From Botryllus schlosseri (taxonomy: Eukaryota), in NCBI GenBank assembly GCA_051294905.1, contig CM119371.1, forward strand, positions 34,102,001 through 34,166,000: 64,000 nt of DNA. Reading direction: 5' to 3'. A model generated the notes under the pieces. That model saw only the letters and a program-made list of their open reading frames with translations, searched no databases and was not told where the DNA came from. Below, in pieces: positions 1 through 14,263 of the stretch. A program made the translations under genes and the position numbers. Numbering within the stretch: the stretch's first letter is position 1; every line of letters begins with the position of its first letter.

Positions 1-1065
1 AAGTATTTAAACAATTATGGCATAATTTTACAACTAAAAAAACACAATTTTGTTTTTATTTAAAAAGGCCTTTTTTTAAAACCACGGGTTAAAACATGTT
101 TTAACTCCAGTGGTCGGGAACCTATGGCTCGCGAGCCATATATTTGGGTATAAGATATGGCTCTTTGCCAAATATTTATTTTTGTATTGAACTGATCAAT
201 ATTGCAACGAGTTGTTGGTAAATTTTAATCGCGGCCAAAATAATTATTCTCGTGGCAGTAATACCAACATGTCTTTGAGAGGTAAAGACAATGTCGTCTT
301 CAGGTTTAGGAGCTCGGACCCCCACTTTTCAAAATCATCAAATTTAAGTTACTGTCAAGCCGGCGGCCAATATTACTCGCGAATTCTATGACCCGACTCG
401 AAATCTTGAATTGCGCGATACGTTGATTAATCAAAGAGCATAGCAGACACGGCGTTGCCCATTTCAAAACGCAGTTCTCAAATACGTATTGTCTTCCTGA
501 TCTACGTCGCGAAATGAACTGTTGTGAATGTGACAATTACAAACTCGAATTACAAACGATGCCATAGCTATCCACGTTCTTGATCGGTAAGGATAGCTCT
601 GTGTAGTACCGACGATAAAATGTATACGTGTAGCGCAACGTTATGTTGCCGCCTAATACTTTGACAAGTCGATAAGTATTTAGATTTTCGATATCAGTGT
701 GACAGTCACATTCGATTAATATCAGTTGTAAAAAATTCTAAGCTATATATGAATTGCGTTATGAAGGGTGAGGCTGCACCCGTCTGTTCTATACCTCTCG
801 TTTCGACCTTTATTTCCGAACAATAAATACCAGATTTTACTGAGAAAATATGGCGCACACGAGGAATCCCATGCAGTGAGCTCGAATTAGTGCTACCGTG
901 ACGTCATGAATTTTCAATTGTGACATAACAGTTGATTGGCATGTATGGCTCTTGGGAGTTGAGATGGAAAAATAGGGTCAATATGGCTCTTCGGACAAAA
1001 AAGGTTCCCGAACACTGTTTTAAGCAAAGTGTTTTAAAACACCGTTTGTTTTAAATGGAACCCTA
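1..1065. mobile_element. Right part of a non-autonomous hAT-like MITE (same family as 21138-21551), interrupted by the 108-1017 element
   Basis: Ends ...gttttaaaacaccgtttgttttaaatggaacccta, matching the right end of 21138-21551; bases 1-100 match the interior of that copy. Confidence 0.7.
108..1017. mobile_element. Non-autonomous hAT (Charlie/Buster-like) element
   Basis: Termini cagtggtcgggaacct / aggttcccgaacactg; TSD degenerate (tttaactc vs ttttaagc). Confidence 0.7.
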
Positions 1066-1404
1066 GTATGGTCACTCCAAAAAAATTGAGCAAATAGTTG
1101 AAATCAGTCCTTGTGATTGCAGAAATAGTCAAGATATCTTGTCCTGGTACCCTATTCCATCATATGGTTTTGACTTTGACCACTCTATTCGTATTGCATA
1201 TTTTTTTATTTCAGCGGCAGGGGTATTCTTTGTGCGGGTTTGAGTTACTTGCTACATTGTCTGTTGCAAAGCTTGCTTCTAAACCCTGACTACGCCAATT
1301 ACTCAACCTCCTCCTAGTTAGGCGGTTACACAGTTGTATTTTGCTAATTCCAGAACTGTGATGCATATGGGGGCCTATTCCTGAACTTGTATCGATTTGA
1401 TGTC

Positions 1405-1640
1405 TTCATTTAATACAGAGATGGATCAAGAAAAGACCCTCCAAGAAAGTTTTGAACCGGCGACGCAGGACACACGACGGTAATCCACCCGCCAGAAGAC
1501 GCAAAAAGGAACGACGCAGTGCCGAACGGGGCTCAGAATAAACGGTCAGCTTAACGCGAAAGATCAACCAAGATACAGCTGCGCCCTTCTCGAGAGACTT
1601 GTCGCGTTTACCGAGTTTTAGGTACTCACAAGTACTAACG
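1405..1640 (+). mobile_element. Possible decayed 3' fragment of an RTE-type LINE
   Basis: Frameshifted translation (H..RMDQ.RPSKKVL...RR...AKD) loosely resembles the RTE ORF C-terminus; weak. Confidence 0.25.
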
Positions 1641-4268
1641 TAGCACTTAAACCGCACCGAGTGACAATTTGATTCACCCGCAGACTGCCGTGATAAAGTT
1701 GAGCCACGTTTGTGAGTGCGAGTGGGGATTGTAGTCGAGCAATCGCCAGTTTAGAAACGCCTGTAAATCGTCAATTGGCTGATATAGATGATATAGAAAC
1801 GTCAGTCAGCCGAGTGCTGTTATTTCCCGCCTGGCATAACCAATTTTGTAAATTACTTCGACGGAATTGTGTAGTACTAATCAAAACAGTGGGGAGTTCC
1901 ATCATTCTCCAGGCCTATCTGCTTTATTTACAAATCTGCTTATCCGGGAGATGGCGCTGATGAACCGAAGCAATATTCTCCGAGATAGCACAAGTTGATG
2001 AAATCATGTCCGGTAGCTGGTGATAGTCAGTGTGATGCCGGATTGGTTGTCACACTCATGTTTCTAATTAGTCAGGAAGCATTGTCGCCGTGACTTTACC
2101 ACCAAACTTCGCTATGATGCGTGCCGACTACAGTTATATTCACTAACTCTCATTTGTAGCTACTGTACGTCTTTACTTCACGAATATAGTATTTTATTCA
2201 CCTTAGCAAAGTATCACATCGTTCTACCGTCTTGAAAACAAATATGACCCTATCTGCATCAAAAACAACAGCTATTGATCGTTAAGTTATACACATTCGA
2301 CGCGAATCGAACCTCATTGAAATAATTCGTGAAGTTTTTGAAGAAAATTTGAGATATGTAGATAACTAGATATGTGTGGTAAGTTTATTGAAAGTGAACT
2401 GCGTCTGTGTTGTAACGGTAACCCTTTAATGGCATGCGTAATCAAGACAGCGCATGCAAACCTTATGCCTTTACCTTGTTTTCTATCTTCCTTTTATTTG
2501 ATAGATGTGCGTAGATTTTGTAATCGTCGTTAGCCATATCCTTTTTTTTTTCTAAATTAATTACGTGTGTAACTATACTTCGGGTTCCCCCGGTTCCAAG
2601 TTATTGTCATACTAATGTTAGCTTTCTGTTACCTGCCTGTACCTATGCAGTTTGTGTGTAAATAAAAGAGTCTCGAAAACAATAGGTGTAATAAGTCACG
2701 GTAAGGGGAAATGCAGCAGTCGGTATACAAGGTATTTAATGGTGACGGGACTACGGCTTGAGATCCGGAGTCGATACACGGTAAAGTGGCGGGGTGGCTG
2801 GATGCCGTTCGGCTACTGAACAATGATACTTTATTCGCATGTCTTTACCTTACAGCAGTAGCGAGAGTTGATCAGGGAAGCGTGCGCTGTGCACTGGGAA
2901 AGAGGTCTCATACCTATCGACCGATCGCAAGTCGCAATACTATATCAATGGGTTCTGAGTTCAAGTCCGACCTAGGTTGGCTCCAGAATTCCTACTTGAG
3001 TATCGGGTGCTTAATTGCTCATTAGGGTCCTACACTCTTGGCGAAAAGAGTGATGACAGCGTACGATTTCAATACCACTCTTTGGGGAGCCACACAGCTC
3101 AGCTCGTGGTCGATGGTCAATGGTGCGGTCATACACGTAGAAAGAAAACAAATGCGTACCACGTTTCTGCCATCAATCACCTGGCATAATATTGAACTCT
3201 TCATTGTTCAAGAATGTTGACTGTTCATTTTGTGTCAGGGCGGACAACTTCTCCGGTCGACGGGCCAGATAAAGGTAAATGAAGTAGGTCTACTTGGCGG
3301 GCCGGATTACAGAATCGATACAATAATCGCGTATACATTCATAGGCGCCGAGTTACGGGGTGGCGCAGCCACACTATGAATCAGAAGATTAAACGCCCGT
3401 CGTCTGCGATTTCAAATCATCAGCGCTGTCAATTAGCAAGTCCGTAATAGCGCGTAAATGCTAACTATTTACCATTAACCGATACGCGCGCGAATAATTG
3501 AATACGCAGCACGTTGGCGGAATAAACAGCTTTGTTGGCGACAACTAACCAGTGCATAAAACGCCCCAATAAATTGTAATCCGTGATTAGTAATCAATGG
3601 AAGCGACCTCGTTCACGATGACGATTTCGTCACACGCTTGCGCCGAGAAACACCATCTACACTCTCGACCAGACGAGCGAATTCACATTCTTCTTCTCTC
3701 AATTGAATTGTATTTGCGCCCATATTTGTTTACGAAATATTTCTTGAGTTAGTTCCGTGATGATAGTCTCTTTAATTGGAGGCGTGGAGCGCGAAATAGG
3801 ACAGTGTGTTTCTGTAGCCTATGCCTGAGAATTGAAAGTCATTCCTGCGCAAAGTGCGCATATTCATTACTCTAACATGGCTTTGCCAACTTTTATCGGG
3901 AAATGCAACAATGCAGCTCAAACGTCCTTATAATGAGCGAACAATTGCCGCGATGTCAGACTTGGAACCCCGTTGTGCTATACGCAAGTTGAGGAATTAC
4001 TGATTAGATGGGCGCTTTCTCGGTTGCTATCATCTGTAGGCTACGAATTCTTGACTGCTTTATACAGTCGTATTCCCTCGATGTCACTTGTCAGTGTTAG
4101 ATCTGTTATTAATACTGCACATTGTGCAGTGCACGGCGTTAATTACGTAGTCAAAATTGACGAAACACGATATTATCGGTGGCGCAAATTTTGAATTTAT
4201 TCGGTTAGTTTGAACGGGAACCTTCTACGTTCCAATAAACTTCATTTCTGAACGGAGTCTATCTAGCG

Positions 4269-4966
4269 CAGGGCCGGCCAACCCGTGGCCCGCGAGAAGG
4301 TTTTGAGTGGCCCGCGACGTAATTTTCGAAATTAGTAATATTATCAAAAAGGGATTCACAGAATGTGAACTTGCAAGGCCAACCAAAAATGTGATTAGTC
4401 TGGTCGCAACACTTGAGATGTGATGACTAAAATATCAGTTCCGACGCATTGGCAGATCTATGAACCAGTCACATTTTGGTAGATCTTCGTACACTACAAT
4501 AAAGCAGAATAATTTGCGATAGTAAAAATTTTCGACACGCTTCGCTCAACATGTTGTCACTTGATTTCTTGCACTTGATATTGTTACCCCTTTGTGAAAA
4601 CGAAAGAACTCCTAATGTATCAAATTGAGTATAACAATATTCGCGATTATGAGACAAAAGGTCGTTTAGCATATGCGACCTTACGTTTGCGCTTGCAGAA
4701 AGACCGTCGACTATAAAAGCTAGGCACAAAACGATTGACGCATGTTGGTCGAAGCTTTCGATATCGATACGTCCAGCACAGGTGTCGAATAGTCCAGTCC
4801 TTGCAAACTGAGCCCAGCGATATACAGCAGGCACGCAATATAGTCAAGTGACAATATTATTGACCTATGAACTTCGAAAATTTTTCGCTCTTCGCGCGGC
4901 TATTGGCCCGCGCAATAGTTCGTCAATCCAATGTGGCCCTTTGGCTCAAAAGGTTGGCCACCCCTG
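4269..4966. mobile_element. Non-autonomous hAT (Buster/Charlie-type) MITE
   Basis: Termini cagggccggccaacc / ggttggccacccctg; perfect 8-bp TSD atctagcg. Confidence 0.9.
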
Positions 4967-6215
4967 ATCTAGCGCAACCATATCGCGTATCGAATTTCAA
5001 ACCTTTGGGATATGTATTTCTGTTGATAAGGTCGTGGCATGCGCCCATATTGCTCTTACTGCAATACCGCGTGGATAATTAAAAGCGCACCATTTTACGA
5101 TCAAATTCGACTGGCTGATCGGGTCCTACGTAGGCCGTGGGCCCCGGGCTGATATTAACCAGCGCGTTGTCGGCATAAAAACCCTAGGTGCGTAGCCAGT
5201 GAGTTTCTCATTGATAACTAGAAATCCCGTCTTTTTGAAATGCCAATTCGCTAATTCGTATTATCGATGCTGCGTTGCAACTAGCGAGAATCATTTGTAT
5301 GCGAAATGGGTCATCGATATCTCATGTGCGCTATCGTCGGTGGTTTGGTTTAACGCGTCCGCATGCAGGCCTGCTACCGTCTGCAGAAACACTTTCGCCA
5401 AACACTAACAATCTCTGAGTGTAATATTGTTTGTTTTTATGTATGTTTTTGATTAAAACTGATGCCCGCGTCTGAACAAATTGTGCTCGTTGCCATTGCC
5501 GATTCCGGGTATTTAGGTATGACTATAGCGCACCCTGTAATTATATTTATTGCAGGTTTGCGGCATGTCTGCAATTTCGTTATCAGCGCAACTTTGTCGG
5601 TCGATTGTACAGTCCGATAAAATTGATCACTGCTATGTATTTCGCACAGCGTACCGATGCTGATTTCAGCAAACTAACGAATCGTATTAGATGTACAAAT
5701 TCGACCTGATCGTTAGAAACGTAGATTTGTTCGCGAGCTCTGCGAAACACCATCTCCTATCGCGATTTGACGACTAAATATACGTTCACCTTCTACAAAT
5801 TGAAGTGCATTTTCTACATCGATGAGGGCCGCAAGCCGCGTTTAAAATATTTTGTGAACCATTTTTGTGATAAATATTCTCGAAGCGCTAAGTTGAACAG
5901 TGTTTTATTGTGTGTGCCTGCTAGTTGGAATTTATTCCAGTGCCCATAATATTAATCCAATTATGCTTTGCGAACGTAAATCGGGAAATGCAGCAATGCA
6001 GTCAAAATCGATGTTTTAATTTGCAGCCAATTGTTGCGATGCGAACTACTCAATACCAAGTGAAAAGTCATGGTGTTGGCGGTATAGGATAAATACTGAT
6101 TGGCCGCGCGCGTTTGTAATCATAATTCTTGTCTGTTTTTCGTGTTCCAGAATGGACTGGACTGTGTAAAGCCCGTTGCACACTGACCTCGCGACGCAAC
6201 ATCGCGAGTTGCGAG

Positions 6216-6730
6216 TAGGGCTGGGCAAAATCGAGTACCTGAGTGATTCGATTCTGAATCACGTAATATGCTTCGAGTCGAGTCGAGTAATCGAGTATCA
6301 CTCATTGTGACGTCATGCCACAATAGAATACGTCAAAGTGCAAATATGTATCTTTTATGCCACCACAAAGAATATAATGCCTGTAATCCTTCTCATAAAT
6401 GATACTCTGGTATTTTTCGACCATACCGAATTCATCCCACTTGATGAACATATTGTTGGATAATCATGATTTCGGAAACGTGCTACGTCCAGTAGCCTTC
6501 GTAGCTTTGTACTAGATGTTTCGCATGCTACGATACGGCTAATCAAGGTTTCAACGCTTCAATAGTGAAAATTATTATCAAAACTATAATTCTCATTGAT
6601 AAATTAACTTTCAGTGGCGAGAAGCGTATAATTTAGTACTCGAAAAAATCTTCTTTTACTACTCGACTCGAATCATTAAAATTAATACTCGATTCAGATT
6701 CGAGTACTCGAATCATTGTGCCCAGCCCTA
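6216..6730. mobile_element. hAT (Ac-type) MITE
   Basis: Termini tagggctgggca / tgcccagcccta; perfect TSD gttgcgag; cgagt/actcg subterminal repeats. Confidence 0.9.
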
Positions 6731-7451
6731 GTTGCGAGTCGTAAGTCGCGAAGCAATGCACATTGCACATGCACACTGGTCCCGGCAGTGCCCACAAGCG
6801 GCAACTACAGCTCTTGCGCGTTCTGTCCGAAGTCTCGAAATGGATACAAATTGCACAGCTCCTGATAGATCGCAAACTGAATATTTCGATGGGTATACAT
6901 GGGTTTGTCAATGAATAAGATGACGTCTTATATGCACACACTTTTCCATTAACGAACCAACATCATATTTCAATGCTGAAAACGCATCATCTGAGTGACC
7001 CAGTTGAATGCGCTATTCCCGGTTGCCGATCCAAATTTCTGAAGTTCTAGCTGTAGCCTACTATGCTACACACACCAAGCCTTTCTGTATTCCATTGCCT
7101 CAGTGACTGCATCAACTGTCAAGCACTCATACATTAATTTCTCGATATGATAGAGAACAACATTCATATGCATTATAATTTTGTTGTGTTTTAATTAAGT
7201 CTTAACAATATTTAAATATAACTCTGAGATTCTTTCCTTTTCAATCTTCGATTCGCCCTCAGGTATCAAACATTGAAATTGATCCGTGGGTCAGGTTGAT
7301 TCATCTTCCATAATGATACATAGTCCATTTCTGACTTTTATAATATTAGCCATTACATTTCGTACCGAAGTCTGATAAAGAGTAGAATAGATGAAATCTT
7401 ACATCAAGAATTACACTGCTTGCTGCTACTTGTCAACAAAAAGGTTTTCAG

Positions 7452-7717
7452 CAGAGGTGGTCAGTAACGAAGTACTTCTACTTTTTGAAGTACTTGAAGT
7501 AGATTTTTTCTACTCACACTACTTTTTAAGTAGTTATGATTTTAGACTACTTCTACTTCTACTTGTCAGTTTTCAGTTTTGTAGGCACAAATAAGTGTAG
7601 AATACCTACTTACTTACTTACTTGTGAACCACCACTTCTACTTCTACTTGAGTAGAAATTACGGCGGTACTTCTACTTCTACTTGAGTAGCGACGGTGAC
7701 TACTTTGACCACCTCTG
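7452..7717. mobile_element. hAT MITE with (CTACTT)n arrays
   Basis: Termini cagaggtggtca / tgaccacctctg; perfect TSD gttttcag; second copy at 29967-30236. Confidence 0.9.
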
Positions 7718-7973
7718 GTTTTCAGACGTCGTGTACCAAGATGTACCGGTATCTGAAATATACATCAGTGAACCCATGACATACCACTATTATATGTACC
7801 TGCTTAACCCAGTTTCAAACCGATGCACACTGTACAGGTTAAAATGAATCAGACAAGGTATATATATCTAATAAATCCACCTGTAGACATAAAATGACTG
7901 AGAGTTTCGCGGTATCGGTACTGCCGGTACTGGTTTGCCTTTGGTAATTACCAAGTACCGGTACTGCTTAGAG

Positions 7974-9140
7974 CAGGGGTGGACAAACTACGCCCGCGGG
8001 CCGCATGCGGCCCTCCACACCGTTCTGTGCGGCCCGCGGGAGTCTAACGAAACTTATGAAAAATATTGATAAAATGCGTACTAAAAATCGAATTAATGCT
8101 GGGATTCTATTAAACTCTTTCTTAGTATCTTTCACCATGATAATTCTAAGGCAGTGGTTCTCAAACTGGGGGCACACCCCCCTTGACGGCGAGAAAGCAT
8201 CTGAAGGGGGCGGGAAGCCGAGCTCAACTGAAAATTTTTTTCGCGCTTCGCGCGATCTACATCCCGTTCATAATTATTGCTCTGTATTCAGTCTGAAATT
8301 CATATTTAAAAATCTCTCATCCACACAAATTCCATGCCATCTAACTATCCGTTAGGTTTGCTCGCATCCTGGTTGCGTTTTGTGATATGACGATAAGGGG
8401 TCACGGAATATTTACCATCATAGGGGGGTGTCTTAAAAAGTTTGAGAACCACTGTTCTAAGGTAAATACTTCCTATATTATTTTTATGTTCAACTTCTGG
8501 CGCGACAGCCCGATCTCAAGGCCGACGTAGTTTGAGAGGTTTCAACTGCTAAGCATCAGAGAAATCCTAAACGAGATTGATAATTCGGATCACTAGTGTA
8601 ATATCAGATTGGCCATTCCAGTTTTAATTATTTCAGTGATGTGCTTATAAAAAACGATTCGCCCGTGTCTTAGGTAGATTCGTTCTCTGTATGCGCAGAA
8701 TTAGGGTATTTATATTTTATCTGCACATAGTAGAAGCGTGTTTGCAGCTAACATGGTTATGATGCTGTTAGCATTGTGTATCCTGAAGTGATCCAAAAGT
8801 GATGGAATTATTGAATCCATGAGCAAATCACTGCTCACAGATTTAAATTTAAATCCTGTTCTAGGAATCGGGACAACCGACTTTCATCCCTATAATTTTG
8901 ACAAATTGGTTATTGAGGTCGACCAGCCTATTAAATCTCGTCACTGTTTCTGACGCGTGTACGATATCAGCAAAACAATTTCTGGATTGGTTTAAATAAG
9001 CATATATATTATGTCATTGTCCTCATAATGTAATACCAATATTGCGTTTTAGTTAATAATCCCAATTTTATATAAAGCGGCCCGCGAATGGATTCAGATG
9101 TTGAATGCGGCCCGCGAGCTCAAAAGTTTGCCCACCCCTG
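7974..9140. mobile_element. Composite Buster/Charlie-type MITE, copy A (carries inner MITE 8152-8454)
   Basis: Termini caggggtggacaaact / agtttgcccacccctg; TSD gcttagag/gcttaggg; homologous to 16991-18052 and 48239-51909. Confidence 0.9.
8152..8454. mobile_element. Inner hAT MITE of the composite element
   Basis: Termini cagtggttctcaaact / agtttgagaaccactg; TSD ttctaagg. A free, reverse-oriented relative lies at about 20104-20403. Confidence 0.9.
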
Positions 9141-10240
9141 GCTTAGGGCTTACAGTAGAATGCGTTCTTGCGGTTAAGCTTCAAGTTTTATAATGGCTTC
9201 AAATCAGTCAACATTCAATGAGGAAACAATTGTAGATGCCAAAACACGCAATACCCGGACAAACTATTGCGGTGACATAGAGCTGACGATCAGGAACAGC
9301 TGACCAGTCGCTCGCAACTCGCGACAAAGTTGAAAATTTTCAACTTTGTCGCGGAGTTGCGCAACCCTGTCGCAGACGGCATGTTGCGAGTTGCTGGCGA
9401 CTCCGGTCTGCATTGTCCAGTCGCAGACAGGCGCGATTCGCTTGTTTTATCGGGTCGCGAGCGCAGTGTGCAGCGGGCTTTACTACTCAGTCCAGCGACG
9501 AATTTCGAGCGCGCGGTAATCAATGACCTACTTTTGCAATCATCTCAGCGTGAGATCGCGTCGCGTTGCATTGTGCGATGCGATATGCGTGCACAGACGA
9601 ATCTCGTTAATTGGTCGCCGTCCCGCATAACACTGATAATACGAATTGTTGAATTGCAACTCAATATTAGCTTCAGAATGGTCATTTCAAAAGGACGGGG
9701 TTTTACGTTTCAAAATGAGGGAGTTTCGACACCCCCTGGCTACGCGCCTGCCGTCACCCCATGCAAAAATAAAAGCAGGTGCCTATATATCCACTTATAT
9801 AAATGTTATTCAATTCTATATAAATGTAAAGTTTAGGTTTATTGCTTGGAGACCAACAACAGTATTTAATGAATATATTAGCATTGGCACTTCAATATCT
9901 GCTGAAGTTAATCAGACGTCTGTGGTCGATCAAAGTTCTGAACAAGTTCTTCGAACTCTGTCTGCATGTCGGATGTAGAAACCCTTACTAAATACTTCAC
10001 GTGAATATCAGTTATATTGGAACACAGCCTTGTCTTATCAATGTTCAGGGTCGGAAATGCTTGCTCGCTGTAGTTTCGTGACCATCTTTCTCAGGTTGGC
10101 TAACTCGGATTCATTATGTGACGCATAAAGTATGTCAATACTTTTAGGGTAGAAACTGTCTGCGGGCCGCTCTAAATCCCGTCGGGGGCCGGATCAGGCC
10201 AATGTACCGTGTGTTTCATGCCCTTGGTTTATGTCATAGT

Positions 10241-10428
10241 CAATGTTCCATGCAGTCAAGCTGCGCGCGTGCGCAATTGCGAAGTGCTGGCACGGTCTCT
10301 GTGCACTGAAAATCGGAGCTGCGCGAAAATAAAAGCCGAAGTGATGACCTTTTTTTCAGTCGTTACGCAGTTGTCCAAGGCTAGTTGGTGAGTGCGCGCA
10401 GACTCGTGAAACATTAGAGGGAACATAG
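10241..10428. mobile_element. Short hAT MITE (relatives at about 13318-13510 and 13840-14015)
   Basis: Termini caatgttcc / ggaacatag; perfect TSD gtcatagt. Confidence 0.8.
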
Positions 10429-12660
10429 GTCATAGTCCTTGTATAAATAAAAAGTACTGGTTCTTTCACAAACAAATCGATTAGATATAGTCGATTACGG
10501 TTAAGAGTACTTTGGATTTTTTTCCGAATATAAACGATTACTAATTACGATTACCCAGAGTCTGGTAAGCATAGTTTTGCCGCGAATCTACGCGACAATT
10601 CCATTGAATGTTCACATTGTATCGCCGATCGGGGCCTGGATTTTACGCGACAACATTTATCGAATGTGACATTCTAGCGCCTTGCGCAGGGGATTTATAT
10701 ATAGGATTTATATATCGCCGAGCGCGGGGTTTGGGTTTCTAGTGCTTTTTGCCTTCATTCAATCGTGAATAAAAAGTGTAATATGCGTTCGCTTATGGGT
10801 GAAACGTCGACTAGTCATAACAAGTACTATACTGAGATGTTGACTACTGGCGAGAAATTTTCAAGTTTCACTCACTGTCAGTAAGTTTTGGAAAGGTCGA
10901 AGGTAGCAAGATGCATGCATCTAGTTTATTCGTATCTCAACTAGCGAGAGCACCTGTGCAATACGTAGCAACACTGTTATACACATTCTGCAGGTAGATA
11001 ATGACTTGGGGTTGCAATGTTGTACTATTGACTCTCGATGACAACGTTAACAAAGGCAATATATTATGTTTGCAATGCCACCAACAGAAACGACTGCACA
11101 ACAGCAGACAAAAATCGTTACCAGCAGTGTTCACAAAGTCGGTCTTCCTGCCAATCAGTAGCTTTTTATTATCGGCTTCAACCAATCAAGATTATTGGCT
11201 TTTGTTTGCCCGCCCACTTCATCGATTCCCCACCCGATTTAGACAAATCTTACCGGCTGTCCTGCGAGCTTCTTTCAGGCCCATTATTGTTTTCTAACAA
11301 TAATCTACAGAATAAGCATTTTCCAAATTCTGAACAACCCTAATGCACTCGATGCATGCTGTTGTCGATGTAATAAGATTTGGCGCTTATCGCTTGACGG
11401 CCCTTTGCACCACGGTCAGCGAAATTGACATTGAACACGAAGAAAAGAAGTCGGGCGAAATAACGATAAATATCAGGAATAGAGTAGCCTATATTGGATC
11501 ATAAATGGCGGTTACACGATAACACAAATTGAACCACGTACAAACTGACGATCAAATATCAGAATAGAATAAAACACTCCTGTCAAAAATTCACTTTTAA
11601 TTGAGCACATTTATCAACAAGAATTCTACGACGAAAATCATATTTTGGACAACTATGCAAAATATTATCCACAGTTTTGGGTCAGCGGCAATAACAAATA
11701 AAAGTAGAGTCTGCATGGGATGGTGTGAACGATAGGTTCACATTCATGTTCTGTATGTAAACTTGAGAAATTTGGAGGTTCCCGATCACAAACGAACGAA
11801 CATTGGTAGGTTCTGTACTGTGAGCCTTTTTCGTGTAATACAATTTTTCACGTCATTATAACGTATTTGGTTGAGCTAAGAGAGAAGCGCACTACATGCG
11901 AATTGCGAATTGGGCTTAGTCAACCAATCAATTATTTAGGTCAACGTAATTGATATATAGAAGGCATCGATGTCTAATGTAAAAAGTCTATCGGGCATAC
12001 TTGATCTATCGTGATTTGACATCTAATTGCACCATTAAAACCATATCCTTCCGATTGGGATATTGGTGCTTTCGGACCTCTGGTACTCTTGATCCCATAA
12101 TGCCATGCAGAAGCAATGTATTGTGTGGCAGTCTTCAGCAACGAATGCACGTTAGAGCACTAGAACAGTCTGAGATAATCAGAAATTAGGTCGACCAGTC
12201 ACTATTCCTAGTAATCCAGCTCAGCGCTTGGATGATCGCTATCAGCTCCATCGTGTAAGCCAGTGGTTCCCAACCTGTGGTACGCGTACCACTAGTGGTA
12301 CGCGAAGGTCTTTCAGGTGGTACGCGAGTAGATTCTTTTTTTCGACCGAAGGGAGGTAGTAGTTCAGGTGGGGTTGATTTTGAGTTTTTTGAAGCCGTCG
12401 TCGTCGTGGTGGTAAGGTGGTCGTCATCGTTGGTATAGTGGCTATTAGGGATGGTGTGAACCTCTGAAAGGTTCAGGTTCGTGTGAATGCGAACCTTTTT
12501 GAAAAGTTCTGTGTGAACACGAACGTGAACCTCGTGACAAACGTAAAATGACTAATGACATTGCGAGAAGATAGAATCTCGAAAATGTATTCAGTTGCCA
12601 TGATACAGGGGCTATTTTGTCCGTTTGCCATGATAATTTCATTCATAAAATGGTTTAAAG

Positions 12661-14263
12661 CAGGGGTTCTCAACTTCGCATGTACAACGGGCCGCATTTT
12701 ACCCACAAAAGACGCTGCGGGCCGCAAAACATTATTACCATACATTTGTGAGCTTCTATCAAATTTAGGCTACTGGAGCCTATTTATTAGTCGTATACGG
12801 GCGTCTAGTCCATTTTTATGCATTTCAAAGCATTAATGGACAGCGTTCGTAAGTTTTCAATCGCTGTTTTGTGTGAGAATATGTATCTTCCGGCGTCGCA
12901 AGTAAATCACTTCATGATGCGTGCATTGCATTCATTTCCAAGTCGGTATATGTAGGCTACCTTATTAATATTATTACACACGGTATTGCTGTGACGCTTA
13001 TCACCGTTCAGGCCTTGTGCGTCACAACACAGGCACTTTTTTGTTACAACAGAGGCCATTATCACTTTGAGCTCTCAGTGAAATGAGAAGAAGTCTGGCG
13101 TTTCGGGGTCATTTCAGAGCAAACCAATTAACCCATGTCCTTTCCTTCCATGGCTGGTGGATTCGTCCAATGCTAGGCTAAAGTAGTATACGCGCCTACG
13201 CGGCAACGGGTTTCAGAGCATGCGATAAAATGTCGACTGGCTACTCTTCTGGTCACGGTTGAATCGGACAACTTTAGCTTCAAAATTTGTCTGGTAATGT
13301 TGTCCTTGCTGATAAGCAGTGTTCCCTCTAATTTTTGACGAGTCTGCGCACACTCACCAACTTACTGCGCAGACCCTTGGACAACCGTGCGTAAAGACTA
13401 TAAAAAAGGTCATCATTTCGAATATTTTGTGCGCAACTTAGATTTTCTGTGCGCACAGATCGTGTCAGCACTGCGCATTTGCGCACGTGCCCAGCTTTGG
13501 AGGAAACAATGCTGCTATAAGTCCCGGAAACAGCGAATATTCGCACTGTATGTTAAAGTATTAGTGAAATCACACCTTCTCCAGCAGATTTCTTGGGTTT
13601 AGCGATATTCCAAAGCGTCTGTAACGTCGTCGGCAATTTTAATAATTCCTCGAACTATGGATTATACTGGGCTTGACGCCTAGATAGTAACGTTTTTTCT
13701 AAGGTCAGGTAATATGTAACCTAGAATAAACTTTATTGGTATCGTTTTAAGCTTCTACGCTTCGTTACGACAACTGTTCTTCGACAAATATGACAAATAT
13801 AGGTTTTTCATTTATATAAGAGAAAGCAAATTCATCAAATTCAAGCTGCGCGCGTGCGCGGCCGCACACTGCTGACAAAGTCGCCACGCACAGAAAATCT
13901 GTGCCGCGCACAAAAAAAGCCGAAGTGATGACCTTTCTTTCAGTCGTTACGCACTGTTGTCCAAGGAAGCGCGCGGTGAGTTGGTGAGTGCGCGCAGACT
14001 AGTGAAAAATTAAAGGTCCATACCAATACTGATTAAGAACAGTAACAGTCTAAACTCGAGAACATATCAAGAGACAAGAACACGTCAAAGAATGGGTGTT
14101 CAAACAAAACAGCGACGGTGCGATAAGAGAGCTAAGTAGCTAAATTAATATGCAACAATGCTGGGCCAGTAGTAATTGAGTTCGTAATGAAAGGTGCCGC
14201 GGGCCGCAAAATGTACCTCTGCGGGCCGCATGCGGCCCGCGGGCCGTGGGTTGAGAACCCCTG
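12661..14263. mobile_element. Non-autonomous Buster/Charlie-type hAT element with two nested short MITEs
   Basis: Termini caggggttctcaac / gttgagaacccctg; perfect TSD gtttaaag. Confidence 0.9.

Larger units (their letters stand above)
6170..9479. mobile_element. PIF/Harbinger-like non-autonomous element with nested MITEs
   Basis: Termini agcccgttgcacactg / cagtgtgcagcgggct flanked by taa and tta; subterminal tcgcga/ttgcga repeats. Confidence 0.6.
5186..9750. mobile_element. Putative TIR element hosting further insertions
   Basis: Inverted termini taggtgcgtagccag / ctggctacgcgcctg; no clear TSD. Confidence 0.45.
3236..10226. mobile_element. hAT MITE (family of 27284-27833) split by about 6.4 kb of nested insertions
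   Basis: 3236-3340 matches the left end and about 9780-10226 matches the remainder of the intact 27284-27833 copy; degenerate TSD ttttgtgt/gtttatgt. Confidence 0.7.

Noticed and set aside
9330..9978. 168-aa and 110-aa ORFs
   Set aside because: They span junctions of three different repeats and show no protein motifs.
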